A stretch of DNA of 64,000 nt from positions 1,728,001 through 1,792,000 of the forward strand of contig CBDFIJ010000004.1 of the NCBI GenBank assembly GCA_965248055.1, given 5' to 3'. Under the pieces are notes generated by a model that saw only the letters and a program-made list of their open reading frames with translations, was not told the origin of the DNA and made no database searches. The number at the start of each line of letters is the position of its first letter. Position 1 is the stretch's first letter. The translations under genes and the position numbers were made by a program. Source of the stretch: Candidatus Multivoradales bacterium. GTDB lineage: Bacteria > Acidobacteriota > Thermoanaerobaculia > Multivoradales > JAHEKO01. Below, piece by piece: positions 9,488 to 20,475 of the stretch.

Positions 9488-11209
9488 ATGGCCCGTTATT
9501 GGTCTTCAGTCTCTTGGTTTGCGTTATTAGCCTTGATATCGGTGGCCTCGGCCAGCGCGATCAGCGCTCAAGAGCACCTAGTTAGCTACTTCGGAATCGT
9601 AGGAGAGGATGCGGCATCTGGGCTATCGGTCTCAGTCAATACTGCGGCTCTGGCAGTGGACCCCGCTTTCCTGTTGATCGAGCTGCCGGACCACACCACA
9701 CGCACCGCAGTGCGCGATGGAGCGGAGAGAAGGTCCGCCACCAGCTTAGTTTGGCGCGGTCGATTCGAAGGTCAAAAATCGAGTAGAGTGGTACTGACCC
9801 TGCACGGAGAGCATGTGGTCGGTCGCTTTGACGGTCTTGATCCACTCTTTGTTCTCGAACCGACCCAAATTGGGCATCGGTTTGAAGCGGCAGGTCTACG
9901 CGCGTACGACCCGGCGGGAGAACCACTACCGGCTCGCACCAACTCCGGAATTCTCCAACCATCTCTAGCCAGCGTCGATCCGGTTGATGGCATCGATGTC
10001 ATGGTGGTTTATAGCCCAGAGGCACGAATTGGAGCTGGTGGCACCAACCAGATTGAAGCCATTGCTCAAGCAGCCGTGGACAACACCAATACCGCTTTTA
10101 TCGACAGCGACATGAATGCACGCTTCGTCTTGGTCCATACCTCAGAGACCGTTCGCTCCGAGGTCGGTGGCAGCCTAAGCGCTGATCTGGAATGGGTGGC
10201 CTCCAACGCCGGGGTCGCAGCGCTGCGCGATCTGCACAAAGCCGACATGGTCGGCCTGCTGGTCAACAGCGGCAGCTACTGTGGCCGTGGATACGTTATG
10301 CGCAATCCAGAGGCAGGATTTGAAGACTCGGCTTTTCAGGTGACCAAACGTAGTTGCGCAGTCGGCAACCTAACCTACGCCCATGAACACGGCCACAACC
10401 TGGGGTTTGAACACGACCCAGCCAACGGACCCAACCCAGCCAATGCCTCCTACCCGTGGTCTTTCGGCCACTTCGTCAACGGCTCTTACCGCACCGTAAT
10501 GTCGTACTCGAATCAATGTGGCTCGGGCTGCAGCCGGGCACCCCATTTTTCTAACCCCAGTGTCGCCCACAATGGAACCGCTACCGGCATTGCCAATCAG
10601 CGCGACAACGCCCGGAGCGGTGACTCGGTGGCACCCATCGTGACCGACTTTCGATTGAGGGACGCACCGCCTGATCTCATCGTCAATGGCTTGAACGTGT
10701 CGGACTCGACTCCAGCAACGGACCAGAGTGTGACCGTCAGCGCGACGGTGGAAAATCAAGGAGCCAGCAACTCCGACGCCACTACGCTGCGCTACTACCG
10801 CTCTAGCGACACCTCGATCTCGACCGCTGACACCGAGATGTCATCAGACTCCGTGGCCTCCCTCAACGCGGGTGACATCGCTTCTTTGAGCGACGTCAAC
10901 ACCATAGCCACGGCAGGAACCTACTGGGTGGGAGCCTGCGTGGACAGTGTTGTCAACGAAAGCGATACTGCCAACAACTGCTCACCCGGGGTTCAAGTCG
11001 TGGTTCACGACCCTTGCACCGAGGACATAACGGTCCAGAACGAAACCGTCTCCGGAGTTGTTAACCACCAGTCTTGCTCCATCCTTCGGGTGGGACCGGA
11101 CTGGACTGTGACCTCGACCGGCGATGCGACCCTACAAGCGAAAGGCCAGGTCATTTTGTACAACGGCATTTCTGTTCAGTCTGGAGGTCAGTTAACCGTC
11201 TCGGACTGA
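9488..11209 (+). CDS. Exported metzincin zinc metallopeptidase (M12/reprolysin-like) with CARDB domain and small C-terminal beta domain
   Basis: Signal peptide; HEHGHNLGFEH zinc motif; Met-turn RTVMSY; CARDB-like PDLIVNGL...ATVENQG...VDSVVNESDTANNC. Confidence 0.9.
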   Translation: MARYWSSVSWFALLALISVASASAISAQEHLVSYFGIVGEDAASGLSVSVNTAALAVDPAFLLIELPDHTTRTAVRDGAERRSATSLVWRGRFEGQKSSRVVLTLHGEHVVGRFDGLDPLFVLEPTQIGHRFEAAGLRAYDPAGEPLPARTNSGILQPSLASVDPVDGIDVMVVYSPEARIGAGGTNQIEAIAQAAVDNTNTAFIDSDMNARFVLVHTSETVRSEVGGSLSADLEWVASNAGVAALRDLHKADMVGLLVNSGSYCGRGYVMRNPEAGFEDSAFQVTKRSCAVGNLTYAHEHGHNLGFEHDPANGPNPANASYPWSFGHFVNGSYRTVMSYSNQCGSGCSRAPHFSNPSVAHNGTATGIANQRDNARSGDSVAPIVTDFRLRDAPPDLIVNGLNVSDSTPATDQSVTVSATVENQGASNSDATTLRYYRSSDTSISTADTEMSSDSVASLNAGDIASLSDVNTIATAGTYWVGACVDSVVNESDTANNCSPGVQVVVHDPCTEDITVQNETVSGVVNHQSCSILRVGPDWTVTSTGDATLQAKGQVILYNGISVQSGGQLTVSD

Positions 11210-11229
11210 ACAGACTGAATCGGAGAAAG

Positions 11230-12330
11230 CTAGGGTGTGCTTTCCGTTTGGGGCCATGAACCCACAGTCGTCTCGACATAGCCATCGCGAGAATGCTCGA
11301 CAAAAAGCGCGGTTAGCCCCTGTCTTGTTGCCAACACAGCCCCCTCTTGGGGACCGATCGCAAACAATGCGGTGGCCCAAGCGTCAGCGGTCATGCAATC
11401 GTCCGCCAAGACGCTGACCGACGCTCCACGATGTGCCACAGGTTTCCCAGATCGAGGATCAAAAACGTGCGCTACCTGCTGCCCGTGTACTTGACGGAAG
11501 TTTCGATAGTCACCGGAAGTGGCCAAGGCACGATTGTTCAGAGTGACTATTCGCTGGGCCGAACCAGAACCATCCGGCCGCTCGATCGCTACGCGCCAAC
11601 TCCGTTGCACGTCAGGCCTGCCTGACGCGCGCAACTCGCCACCCACTTCAACTAAGACTTCGGTGAAAGACAGCTCAAGAAGTGCTTTGTACACTTGATC
11701 CACGGCATAGCCTTTGGCGATCGCGGAAAGATTGACCGTCAACGCCGGATGCGCTTTACGGGCACGACTGTGGCCCGGATCCAACAGCAACTTGTCATAG
11801 CCAACGCGCTCGATCAGCTCGGCCAATCGATCCTTGTCGACCACTTCCGGCTCGCGGCCAAACCCCCAGGCTTCGATCAATGGCGCAACCGTGATATCAA
11901 AGGCGCCCTCGCTGGCTCTCGCTATCTCTTGGCTGCGTTGGAGAACGGTAAAAGTGGCCGCGGAAAAATCAAAGGGCTCCTGCGATAGCCATCGATTGAA
12001 CTGAGAAATCTCTGAGTCCGCCCGGTAGGTCGACATCTTTGCGTCGACCTCGGCGAGAGCATTGCCAATCGCTTGATCAACCTGTTCAAACTCCACAGCT
12101 TGGGAAGCTTGTGCTGATGGAGACACCACCACGCGATAGGTGGTACCCATGGTCGAACCAGAAAAAACCCAGGGTTCGCTGAATTTGAGATCAGCAGATT
12201 GTTGGGCGGTTTCTCGGTCGATGGCCTCAGATTGACTGCATCCTGCGAATACAAAAAACGCGGCGAGCATCGAGATACCGCCGCGCCGCAAGAGTCGTTG
12301 TGTCAACTCCCGAGAATCAACCAAAGTCAT
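11230..12330 (-). CDS. apbE: FAD:protein FMN transferase ApbE
   Basis: [57 protein letters not shown]; lipobox-like FAGC. Confidence 0.95.
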   Translation of the reverse strand: MTLVDSRELTQRLLRRGGISMLAAFFVFAGCSQSEAIDRETAQQSADLKFSEPWVFSGSTMGTTYRVVVSPSAQASQAVEFEQVDQAIGNALAEVDAKMSTYRADSEISQFNRWLSQEPFDFSAATFTVLQRSQEIARASEGAFDITVAPLIEAWGFGREPEVVDKDRLAELIERVGYDKLLLDPGHSRARKAHPALTVNLSAIAKGYAVDQVYKALLELSFTEVLVEVGGELRASGRPDVQRSWRVAIERPDGSGSAQRIVTLNNRALATSGDYRNFRQVHGQQVAHVFDPRSGKPVAHRGASVSVLADDCMTADAWATALFAIGPQEGAVLATRQGLTALFVEHSRDGYVETTVGSWPQTESTP

Positions 12331-13540
12331 CGAACAAGATGTTCTCTGGCTCCACTCCCAACCCGTCCAGCATGTTCATGCAAGCCTTGAGCATCATCGG
12401 CGGACCGCAAAGATAGTACTCAATGTCCTCGGGCGCCGGATGGTCTTTGAGGTAATTGTCATAGGCAACTTGGTGAATAAATCCGGTCAAGCCATCCCAG
12501 TTGTCTTCGGGCTGCGGTTCCGACATCGCCAAATGCCACTTGAAATTCGGATTTTCCCCAGCGATCGAATCGAAGTGATCTTGATAAAAGGCTTCTGTGA
12601 GACTGCGTGCGCCGTACCAAAAGGTCACCTTACGATCGCTGTGCAATCGCTTGAATTGGTCGAAGATGTGGGAGCGCATCGGCGCCATTCCTGCGCCACC
12701 GCCGATGAACATCATCTCGGCCTCGGTGTCCTTGGCAAAAAACTCGCCGAACGGACCGCTGATGGTGACCTCGTCGCCCGGTTTGAGGTTGAAGATGTAC
12801 GAAGACATCTTCCCTGGAGGTAAGTCCGGTGTTCTGGGAGGAGGTGAAGCGATGCGCACATTGAGCATGATGATGCCGCTTTCTTCGGGATAGTTCGCCA
12901 TCGAGTAAGCGCGGGTCACCGGTTCATCCACGTTGGATACATACCGCCACATGTTGAAGTGGTCCCAGGTACCCCGGTACTCGTCTTCGACGTCAAAGTC
13001 GGAATAATTGACCACGTGTTCCGGCGCCTCGATTTGAATATAGCCACCAGCGCGAAACGGCACTGCCTCGCCAGCGGGCAGCTCCAGCACCAGTTCTTTG
13101 ATGAAGGTGGCCACGTTGTGGTTCGAGCGTACATTGCAGTTCCAACGGCGCACCGAGAAGATCTCTGGTGGTAACGCTATTTTGAGGTCATTCTTAACCT
13201 TGACCTGGCAGGAAAGCCGTACTCCGTTTGCCGCCTCGGCGCGAGAAATATGCCCCTCTTCGGTGGCAAGAAGGGCACCGCCTCCTTCTTGTACTTCGAC
13301 GGTGCAGACACCACAACTGCCTTTGCCACCACACGCCGAGGGGATGAAAATCTTGTTCGCTGCCAAGGTACCCAGCAGCGTCGATCCGGCCTGAGTCTTG
13401 AGCGCTTTGTCCGGGTCGTCATTCACAGTGATGGTCACTTCGCCGGTGGAAACCAAGCGCGAACGAGCCGCCATCAACACCGCCACCAGGGCGAGAATGA
13501 TGCCGGTGAACATCAAGACTGCTAGCAGGATGGTATTCAT
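12317..13540 (-). CDS. nqrF: Na+-translocating NADH:quinone oxidoreductase subunit F
   Basis: 2Fe-2S motif [12 protein letters not shown]...RLSCQ; RAYSMANYP; [13 protein letters not shown]; C-terminal LFDDFG. Confidence 0.98.
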   Translation of the reverse strand: MNTILLAVLMFTGIILALVAVLMAARSRLVSTGEVTITVNDDPDKALKTQAGSTLLGTLAANKIFIPSACGGKGSCGVCTVEVQEGGGALLATEEGHISRAEAANGVRLSCQVKVKNDLKIALPPEIFSVRRWNCNVRSNHNVATFIKELVLELPAGEAVPFRAGGYIQIEAPEHVVNYSDFDVEDEYRGTWDHFNMWRYVSNVDEPVTRAYSMANYPEESGIIMLNVRIASPPPRTPDLPPGKMSSYIFNLKPGDEVTISGPFGEFFAKDTEAEMMFIGGGAGMAPMRSHIFDQFKRLHSDRKVTFWYGARSLTEAFYQDHFDSIAGENPNFKWHLAMSEPQPEDNWDGLTGFIHQVAYDNYLKDHPAPEDIEYYLCGPPMMLKACMNMLDGLGVEPENILFDDFG

Positions 13541-13558
13541 CGCAGTCTCACCGTCGGC

Positions 13559-14176
13559 TTAGAGTTGAACCCCAGCAAATGCCATGAAGCCAATCGCCAT
13601 CAGCCCGGTCAAGATGAACGCCATACCCAAACCGCGCAGCCCTTTGGGTACATTGGAGTACCGCATCCGCTCACGGATCGAAGCCAAAGCTATGATCGCC
13701 AGCGCCCAACCAATTCCTGAGCCGAAACCAAAGACAACACTTTCGCCAAAGGTGTAATCGCGCTCAACCATGAATAGCGAGGCGCCCAGGATCGCGCAGT
13801 TGACCGCGATCAACGGCAAAAAGACGCCCAACGCCGAATACAGTTTCGGTGCGTAGCGATCCAGCACCATCTCGACGATCTGCACCGCAGCGGCGATGGT
13901 GCCGATGTAGGTCAAGAATCCGAGAAAACCCAAGTCATACTGAGCCAAGCTCGGGCTGAGCCAAGCCAAGCCGCCTTCGCGAAGCAAGTAGTTGTAAATC
14001 AAGTTGTTCATCGGCACCGTCAGGCCGAGAACAAAAATCACCGCGGAACCCAGACCGATCGCGGTCTCAACCTTCTTCGACACCGCCAAGAACGAACACA
14101 TGCCGAGGAAAAAGGCCAAGGCCATGTTCTCGACAAAGATCGACTTCACCGCCAGGCTGAGGTAATGCTCAAGCAT
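13559..14176 (-). CDS. nqrE: Na+-NQR subunit E
   Basis: Start [35 protein letters not shown] (ATG at 14176); [12 protein letters not shown]. Confidence 0.95.
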   Translation of the reverse strand: MLEHYLSLAVKSIFVENMALAFFLGMCSFLAVSKKVETAIGLGSAVIFVLGLTVPMNNLIYNYLLREGGLAWLSPSLAQYDLGFLGFLTYIGTIAAAVQIVEMVLDRYAPKLYSALGVFLPLIAVNCAILGASLFMVERDYTFGESVVFGFGSGIGWALAIIALASIRERMRYSNVPKGLRGLGMAFILTGLMAIGFMAFAGVQL

Positions 14177-14216
14177 GGCAAGCCTCGGTGATTCGGCCCG
14201 TTCGTCGCGAAAGTTC

Positions 14217-14326
14217 AAAGATGCTTCCAGTCGCAAGGCGACCGAGCGAGCCTGACGCAGGCGTATTCGCTGCAATACGTCGAGGAGGGCGAGTAATGGG
14301 CAACGCAGCGAATGGCGGCATATTCA
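14217..14326. repeat. Palindromic intergenic element (REP/MITE-like) between nqrD and nqrE
   Basis: Imperfect long fold-back with GCAAGGCG...AGGCGTA-(loop)-TACGTCG...CAACGCAGCG; a related core recurs near 50139-50180. Confidence 0.5.
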
Positions 14327-14361
14327 TCCTTGCAGTAAAACGCTGGTAGATCATCGAGGCC

Positions 14362-14982
14362 TCAGTCCTCCTCAACCTGTTCCGGCTTCCACACCCGGAG
14401 ACCCCAGATCAGGAAACCGATGATGAAGAACGCTCCGGGAGATAACACCATCAAACCATTCGGGTTGTACCAACCACCTTCAGAGTTGAGCGGCAGGAAT
14501 TGATAACCAAACAACGACCCAGAACCGAAAAACTCACGGATCGCAGCGGTGATCATTAGGATCAAGGAATAGCCAAGGCCGTTGCCGATGCCATCGGTAA
14601 TCGACGCCCCCGGCGGATTTTGCATGGCGAACGCTTCGGCCCGACCCATGACAATACAGTTGGTGATGATCAAGCCGACAAACACCGAAAGCTGTTTGGA
14701 AATATCGTAGACAAAGGCTTTGAGGATCTGGTCAGCGACGATCACCAAGGAAGCGATGATGGTCAGTTGGACGATGATTCGAATATTGGTCGGGATTAGG
14801 TTGCGCAGCACACTGACAAAAAAATTCGACAGCGTCAGGACAAAGATCACCGCCAGGCTCATCACCAAGGCGGTATCCATTTTGGTGGTTACCGCCAACG
14901 CCGAGCAGATCCCGAGAACCTGCAGGGCGATCGGGTTGTTGTTGAACAACGGATCGAGGAGGACGTCGCGCGACTTGCTCAC
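14362..14982 (-). CDS. nqrD: Na+-NQR subunit D
   Basis: [39 protein letters not shown]. Confidence 0.97.
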   Translation of the reverse strand: MSKSRDVLLDPLFNNNPIALQVLGICSALAVTTKMDTALVMSLAVIFVLTLSNFFVSVLRNLIPTNIRIIVQLTIIASLVIVADQILKAFVYDISKQLSVFVGLIITNCIVMGRAEAFAMQNPPGASITDGIGNGLGYSLILMITAAIREFFGSGSLFGYQFLPLNSEGGWYNPNGLMVLSPGAFFIIGFLIWGLRVWKPEQVEED

Positions 14983-15785
14983 TAAACCGCCTCCTCAAGA
15001 TCGGTCGCTGATGTCTGTTGACGCTCCAGCCGCTCCAGGTAAGGGCTAAAGCCTTCCTCACTGAGCCAGAAACGAATGAGGTTGGTGACCCCACGACTGG
15101 TGATGGTGGCACCGGACAATCCATCGACGCGATGAGGATCTTGCTCAGCGCTCCCTGCGCGGCCCTTGATCACCTCAATGATCGCTTCACCACCTTGATC
15201 GAAGATCTGGCGACCGGGCCACAGGCTCTTCCAGCGTGGATTGTCGACCTCGCCTCCCAGTCCTGGGGTTTCGCGATGGTCGTAGAAAGTCAGCCCGCGT
15301 ACCGTGGAAAGGTCCGAGTCCAAAGCCACGAAGCCATACAGCGTTGACCACAGCCCTTTGCCTTCGACTGGCAAAATGACCATGTCGAGCGCGCCGTTGT
15401 CATCCAACAATTCATAGACCAGAGCGCTGTTGGGAAGGCGCTGCAGCTGCGCCCGGTTGGATGGCACCCGGTGGCTGGTGCTGGGGTCAGTGGTGGATTT
15501 CTTTTGGTCAAAAGTTCGAGGATCGATCTCGGGAGCTTCGTCGCCGGTCTCCAGATCGATCACTTTCATTTGGATCGAGGCGAAGCGTTGCTCAACCTGC
15601 TCAGCCGTCAGCTTTTCGTCTTCTTGTTTGAGACCCGCCGCCAGCAGCACGTTTTGTTGCTTGTCGAGGGTCGCGTTCTCATCTTGCCGGTCCTTGAGAG
15701 ACACCGCCGAGCCAGCAACGATCACCCCGCAAACAACGCACACCGCGGCGGCAAACAGCAAGGTATAGAGCACGCTACGCTGCAT
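14982..15785 (-). CDS. nqrC: Na+-NQR subunit C
   Basis: [25 protein letters not shown] site [14 protein letters not shown]. Confidence 0.97.
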   Translation of the reverse strand: MQRSVLYTLLFAAAVCVVCGVIVAGSAVSLKDRQDENATLDKQQNVLLAAGLKQEDEKLTAEQVEQRFASIQMKVIDLETGDEAPEIDPRTFDQKKSTTDPSTSHRVPSNRAQLQRLPNSALVYELLDDNGALDMVILPVEGKGLWSTLYGFVALDSDLSTVRGLTFYDHRETPGLGGEVDNPRWKSLWPGRQIFDQGGEAIIEVIKGRAGSAEQDPHRVDGLSGATITSRGVTNLIRFWLSEEGFSPYLERLERQQTSATDLEEAV

Positions 15786-16995
15786 AACGCGCCTTCCTCA
15801 GACGAATGTTGCGGCGAACCACAAAGTAATCAATGGTGGCGGCGAACACGTTCATCAACAGAATCGAAAGCATCATGCCTTCCGGATAGGCTGGGTTGAT
15901 CACCCGAATCAAGATTGCAAACACCCCCACCAGCACACCGTAGATCCAGCGACCACGCTGGGTCTGGGCTGCCGACACCGGATCGGTGGCCATGAACACC
16001 GCGCCAAAAGCCCAGCCGCCTAACACCACATGCCACCAGATCGGCATTTCAAAAAACGGATTGGTCTCAGAACCAACAAAGTTGAGCAATCCCGCGGTCA
16101 AAGTAGAGCCAATCAATACCCCGGCCATGATGCGCCATGAGCCGACTCTCGAGGCGATCAAAATCACTGCACCAACCAAACAGGCCAATGCAGAGGTCTC
16201 ACCCATCGACCCCGGAATCAACCCCAGGAAGGCGTCCCACCATTCGACTCCAGCGGTGATCGCTGCCTGACCGTTCTCAGCGGCAGTCGCCAGCAAGGTT
16301 GCGCCAGAAACCGCGTCTGTAGCCGTATTGGAGGCGATCCACACCCGATCCCCGGAAATCTCGGCCGGGTAAGCAAAGAACAAGAAGGCCCTGGCGGTCA
16401 GCGCTGGATTGAGAATGTTCATTCCCGTTCCACCAAAGACTTCTTTACCTATGACCACACCAAAGCTAATCCCCAGAGCGACCTGCCACAAAGGAATGGT
16501 CGGCGGCAGAATCAAAGGGAAGAGCATCCAGGTGACCAGGAAACCCTCGTTGATATCGTGCTTGCGTACCACCGCAAACACCCCTTCCCACAAGCCACCT
16601 GCAGCCAGGGTGACCAAAACCACCGGCAGGTAGTAGAACCCACCGTGAACCATGCAGGCCCAGAGATCGCTGGGGTCAAAACTCATCCCCATGCTGGTCA
16701 TCAAATCGGTACGCCAGTTGTCGAGCGGCTGGGCGCCGGCGGCGATCGCCCGGTGGATCTGGAATCCGGTGTTGTACATCGCCATCGCGACGCAACCCAT
16801 GAGTGCCACCACAACGACACTCATCATCCGCTTCAAATCCAGCCCGTCGCGAACGTGCGCAGCCCCCTTGGTTACCGAGCCAGGGGTGTAGAGAAAGGTG
16901 TCATTGGCTTCCCAGAACGGATACAGCTTGGCTAGCTTCCCGCCCGGGCGGAAGTGCTGTTCTTGGCCATCCAGCCAACGACGTAAGCCCTTCAT
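15775..16995 (-). CDS. nqrB: Na+-NQR subunit B
   Basis: [31 protein letters not shown] site [17 protein letters not shown]. Confidence 0.97.
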   Translation of the reverse strand: MKGLRRWLDGQEQHFRPGGKLAKLYPFWEANDTFLYTPGSVTKGAAHVRDGLDLKRMMSVVVVALMGCVAMAMYNTGFQIHRAIAAGAQPLDNWRTDLMTSMGMSFDPSDLWACMVHGGFYYLPVVLVTLAAGGLWEGVFAVVRKHDINEGFLVTWMLFPLILPPTIPLWQVALGISFGVVIGKEVFGGTGMNILNPALTARAFLFFAYPAEISGDRVWIASNTATDAVSGATLLATAAENGQAAITAGVEWWDAFLGLIPGSMGETSALACLVGAVILIASRVGSWRIMAGVLIGSTLTAGLLNFVGSETNPFFEMPIWWHVVLGGWAFGAVFMATDPVSAAQTQRGRWIYGVLVGVFAILIRVINPAYPEGMMLSILLMNVFAATIDYFVVRRNIRLRKARYAA

Positions 16996-18351
16996 CTAGC
17001 CGTCCTTCTCCAGTTCAGTGAGCACCGAGCGCAAGGCATGACGATAGTCAATCTTTCCAGGACAGACGAAACTCCAGAGATCGACGTCCTCTTCCACTAG
17101 CTCCAGGCAACCGAGTTCTTCGCCGCGTTCGATGTCTTCCATCACGATTGCCTTGAGAAGAAAGGTCGGCTCGAAGTCGAAAGGCGACACTTTTTCGTAG
17201 AGACCAATCGGGACAATCGCGCGGGGCGAGCCGTTGGTCGAGGTGGTCATGGCGAAACGCTTACCGGGAGTCAAGGTAGAAGCGAAGGCGTTAGTCACCG
17301 AAAACACGTTGCCTCCAGGCTTCATCCAGCCCAAGAACTTACGCTCTCGATCTTCACTCAGCACTGAGATCTGACGATCAAAGCGCCCTAGAAAGGCAGT
17401 TTCAGCATCGGCCACCCCGCGTCCCGAAAGCACCGAACCGGCGATGGTGCGCGTCTGCTCGTCGTCCAGGCCATCGCCCGTAACCGAGGTCACCGAAGCT
17501 CCTCGCGCAATCCGTAATAAGCGCGGATCGGTCGCCGCTGGGCCACCGTAGGAGATAACTCGATGGCTGTCCAAGTTGCCAGTACGGCCGAGATGTCCGA
17601 TGGCAACTGCCTCTTGAGCATCTAGATAGAAAACCGTTCTCTGCCGATCCACCGGCGCGAGTCGATGAATTTGGTAGCCACAGGTACCGGCCGGATGCGG
17701 ACCGGAAAACTGTTCAGGACGAATCTGATCGCCTTGCGGCAAATCGAGGTTTACCCCTGGCTCCGTGGTCACGTACAGCGGTCCATCGGTCAGCTTGGCG
17801 AGCATCTCGAGACCGGCTTTCAGATCTTCCTCGCGACCGGCGATCGCGATGAGCGGATCGGCCGCCAACGGCTGGCTATCCATGCAATTGACCAAGATCG
17901 CGTCTGGCAGTGAGTTCGGTGCAGCCACCCGTCCAAAAGGTCGAGAGCGCAAGGCTGTCCATTCCCCGGATTCGACTAACAGGTCCCTAACTTGGTCGCG
18001 GGTCAGCTCGCTCGGGGCCTTGCCCTGGTAGGCAGCAAATGAAGCCGGATCCAGGTCATGATCCACAGTGATCACCAACGACCTAAACGCGCGGCGCTCG
18101 CCGCGGTTTACCGACTCGACGGTGCCACCAAAAGCAGAGGTGTAGAAAACGCCCGGGTTCTTTTTGTCTTCAAAGAGCTTCTGGCCCGCGCGCACCGAGT
18201 CCCCGAGCTGCACCAACATCGTCGGTTTGAGCCCAATCGACTCTTCCCCCAACAGGGCAACCGACTCAGGTGCTTCATTGATGCCAAGTTCCAACCTCGG
18301 TTGCCCGGTGATGGGCAAGCCGAGGCCATGTTTGGATCGATGTAGAGCCAC
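16996..18351 (-). CDS. nqrA: Na+-NQR subunit A
   Basis: GLGLPITGQP, KLFEDKKNPGV, GPHPAG, LGCLELVEEDVDLWSFVCPGKIDY. Confidence 0.95.
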   Translation of the reverse strand: MALHRSKHGLGLPITGQPRLELGINEAPESVALLGEESIGLKPTMLVQLGDSVRAGQKLFEDKKNPGVFYTSAFGGTVESVNRGERRAFRSLVITVDHDLDPASFAAYQGKAPSELTRDQVRDLLVESGEWTALRSRPFGRVAAPNSLPDAILVNCMDSQPLAADPLIAIAGREEDLKAGLEMLAKLTDGPLYVTTEPGVNLDLPQGDQIRPEQFSGPHPAGTCGYQIHRLAPVDRQRTVFYLDAQEAVAIGHLGRTGNLDSHRVISYGGPAATDPRLLRIARGASVTSVTGDGLDDEQTRTIAGSVLSGRGVADAETAFLGRFDRQISVLSEDRERKFLGWMKPGGNVFSVTNAFASTLTPGKRFAMTTSTNGSPRAIVPIGLYEKVSPFDFEPTFLLKAIVMEDIERGEELGCLELVEEDVDLWSFVCPGKIDYRHALRSVLTELEKDG

Positions 18352-18424
18352 GGTGATATCGCCAGATTAAGCAGCAAACAAGGCAGCACCGTAGTTGGCC
18401 TACAGGCTGCCTTCGTTGGCCGAA

Positions 18425-18456
18425 AGTATAAGAGCTTGTGAATAACTTCACAAGCT
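18425..18456 (-). promoter_or_regulatory. nqr promoter (TTGTGA-17 nt-TATACT) overlapped by a Rex-type operator TTGTGAA-TAAC-TTCACAA
   Basis: Perfect palindrome at 18436-18453, extended by AGC/GCT arms. On the minus strand, -35 at 18453-18448 and -10 at 18430-18425 with a 17-nt spacer. Confidence 0.75.
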
Positions 18457-18533
18457 TACTGCATGATCCCTCGCAGAAGCTGGCGCTGAGTCCGTCGCAA
18501 AGAAAACAGCCGATTTCTCCGACAAAAATAGAG

Positions 18534-20378
18534 TCAGTTTGAAATCGCTTGTCGCAGGTCGAGAGCAGTACTTCGTAGTGCTCGTTCGTCCAAGGTCAGG
18601 ACTTCCGCGTTCTCTACCACTAACTCTCCGTCGACGATCACCGTGGTGACGTCGGAGGCCTTGGTCGAATAGACCAGCAGCGAATATGGGTCCGAGGCAG
18701 GAATCTGGTGTAAACCTGAAGTCTCAACCACGATCAAATCGGCGCGCTTGCCGACCTCGATCGAGCCCACCAGATGGTCGAGGTCGAGAGCGCGGGCACC
18801 GTCAATGGTCGCCATGCGAAATGCTTCGCGGGCGCTGATCACGGTCGGGTCGAACTGATGCACTTTGTGCAGTTTGGCGGCGGTATCCATCTCTTCCCAC
18901 AGGTTGAGGTCGTTGTTGCTGGCCGGACCATCGGTGCCCAATCCAATCGTCACCCCCGCTATGAGCATTGCCGGGACCGGAGAAATCCCGGCGGCCACCT
19001 TCATATTGGACTGCGGGCAATGGGCGACCCCCACCCCTCGCTCAGCCAAGAGATCGATCTCTTCTTCATCCGGCCACACCATGTGGGCCGCGATCACCCG
19101 GTCATCCAAAATTCCCAATTGATCAAGATGGCGCACCGGGGTGGTGTTGTATCGCTCTTGAATGGTGGTGATCTCTGCACGGTCCTCCGCCAAATGAATC
19201 AGCATCGGCGCATCCAACTCGGACGCCAATTGGTGGGCGGCAACCAAGTGCTCCGGTGCGACAGTGTAAGGGGCGTGAGGAGCCACTGCCGGAGTGATTC
19301 GTGGGTGATCACTCCAGCGCTCGATAAAGGTCCGGGTGTAGGAATAGGCTTCATCCCAGGTCGGGTGATCGGGAGCGGGAAAATCGATCAATGTCTCTCC
19401 CAGGATCGCTCGCATACCGCAGGCATCCACTTCCTCGGCCATGGCATCCTCGAAGTAGTACATGTCAACAAAGGTCGTCGTGCCACCACGCAACATCTCA
19501 GCGCAGGCAAGTTGGGTTCCGAGCCGGACAAATTCTTCGTTTACGTGCTCCTTCTCCGCAGGAAAGATGTGCTCTTGCAGCCACTCCATCAAAGGTAGGT
19601 CGTCGGCCAAACCGCGAAACAGGGTCATCGGTACATGAGTGTGGGTGTTGATCAGTCCGGGCAGGATCAGTCCACCGCGGGCGTCGATATGCCGCGCCTG
19701 CGGAAAGGCTTCCTCTAGCACCGCTTGCTCACCAACGGCGACGATCTCACCTGCCACGATCGCCACTGCACCGTTCTCGATCACCGTGTCTTGGCCGTCC
19801 ACCGTAACTACGGAGCCGCCGGAGATCATCAACGTCTCCGATTCTTCAGGAACCCACTCAACCGACTGCGGTTGCCAAGTCTCAGGGTTGGGCAAGATCT
19901 CATTGGCCGGATCGACCACCTCCAAACGCTGTGGATCAACCCTCACCAGCAGCAACGATTCTTCTCGGTCAGGCCAATGCGGAGCCCAACTCTCTTTCCA
20001 GTGTTCGACCTTGGCTTCTGGGTCATCCACCAGTGTCGCCCGCCCGTGCAGAGTGACGTAAGCCGGTGGCTCGGTACGAAAATAGTGAAGGGTGACCCGA
20101 GAGTCGCCTCGAATCTCTTCGACCTTGCGGCTTTTGGGATTGGTCGCCATCCAAATGACAAAGTCCTCATCTGGCGGATGAGGGTCCATCACTCGCGATC
20201 GCCCCCTCCCGGCGGCATCCTGGGTAATCAAGGTGACGAACCCAGCGCTCTCGACGATTTTGTTCGCAGCATCCAGCAGCACAGCCCGTTCCGTCTGCGC
20301 CTGTACAACCACCAACGATACCGCAACAAGAGCCATCCACAGCGTGATCAATCGAAAGTGCAAGATCTTGTAAATCAT
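18534..20378 (-). CDS. Exported fusion: PNPOx-like FMN-binding split-barrel domain + MTA/SAH-deaminase-like amidohydrolase
   Basis: Signal peptide; RSRVMDP...WMATNPKSRKVEEIRGDSRVTLHY (split barrel); then PGLINTHTH, IHLAED, AHMVW, GLGTDGPASNN (amidohydrolase metal ligands). Confidence 0.85.
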   Translation of the reverse strand: MIYKILHFRLITLWMALVAVSLVVVQAQTERAVLLDAANKIVESAGFVTLITQDAAGRGRSRVMDPHPPDEDFVIWMATNPKSRKVEEIRGDSRVTLHYFRTEPPAYVTLHGRATLVDDPEAKVEHWKESWAPHWPDREESLLLVRVDPQRLEVVDPANEILPNPETWQPQSVEWVPEESETLMISGGSVVTVDGQDTVIENGAVAIVAGEIVAVGEQAVLEEAFPQARHIDARGGLILPGLINTHTHVPMTLFRGLADDLPLMEWLQEHIFPAEKEHVNEEFVRLGTQLACAEMLRGGTTTFVDMYYFEDAMAEEVDACGMRAILGETLIDFPAPDHPTWDEAYSYTRTFIERWSDHPRITPAVAPHAPYTVAPEHLVAAHQLASELDAPMLIHLAEDRAEITTIQERYNTTPVRHLDQLGILDDRVIAAHMVWPDEEEIDLLAERGVGVAHCPQSNMKVAAGISPVPAMLIAGVTIGLGTDGPASNNDLNLWEEMDTAAKLHKVHQFDPTVISAREAFRMATIDGARALDLDHLVGSIEVGKRADLIVVETSGLHQIPASDPYSLLVYSTKASDVTTVIVDGELVVENAEVLTLDERALRSTALDLRQAISN

Positions 20379-20475
20379 TGCCGGGAGTCTACCTTTCTCA
20401 TGCCAAATCCAGATCCAACCACTGCTACTCTCTGGTTGAGTCCGCCATCAACCTAACCAGAGGGAACGCCTACTT

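Noticed and set aside
14177-14275. N-terminal extension of NqrE
   Set aside because: It runs through the palindromic insert; NqrE similarity starts at MLEHY (14176).
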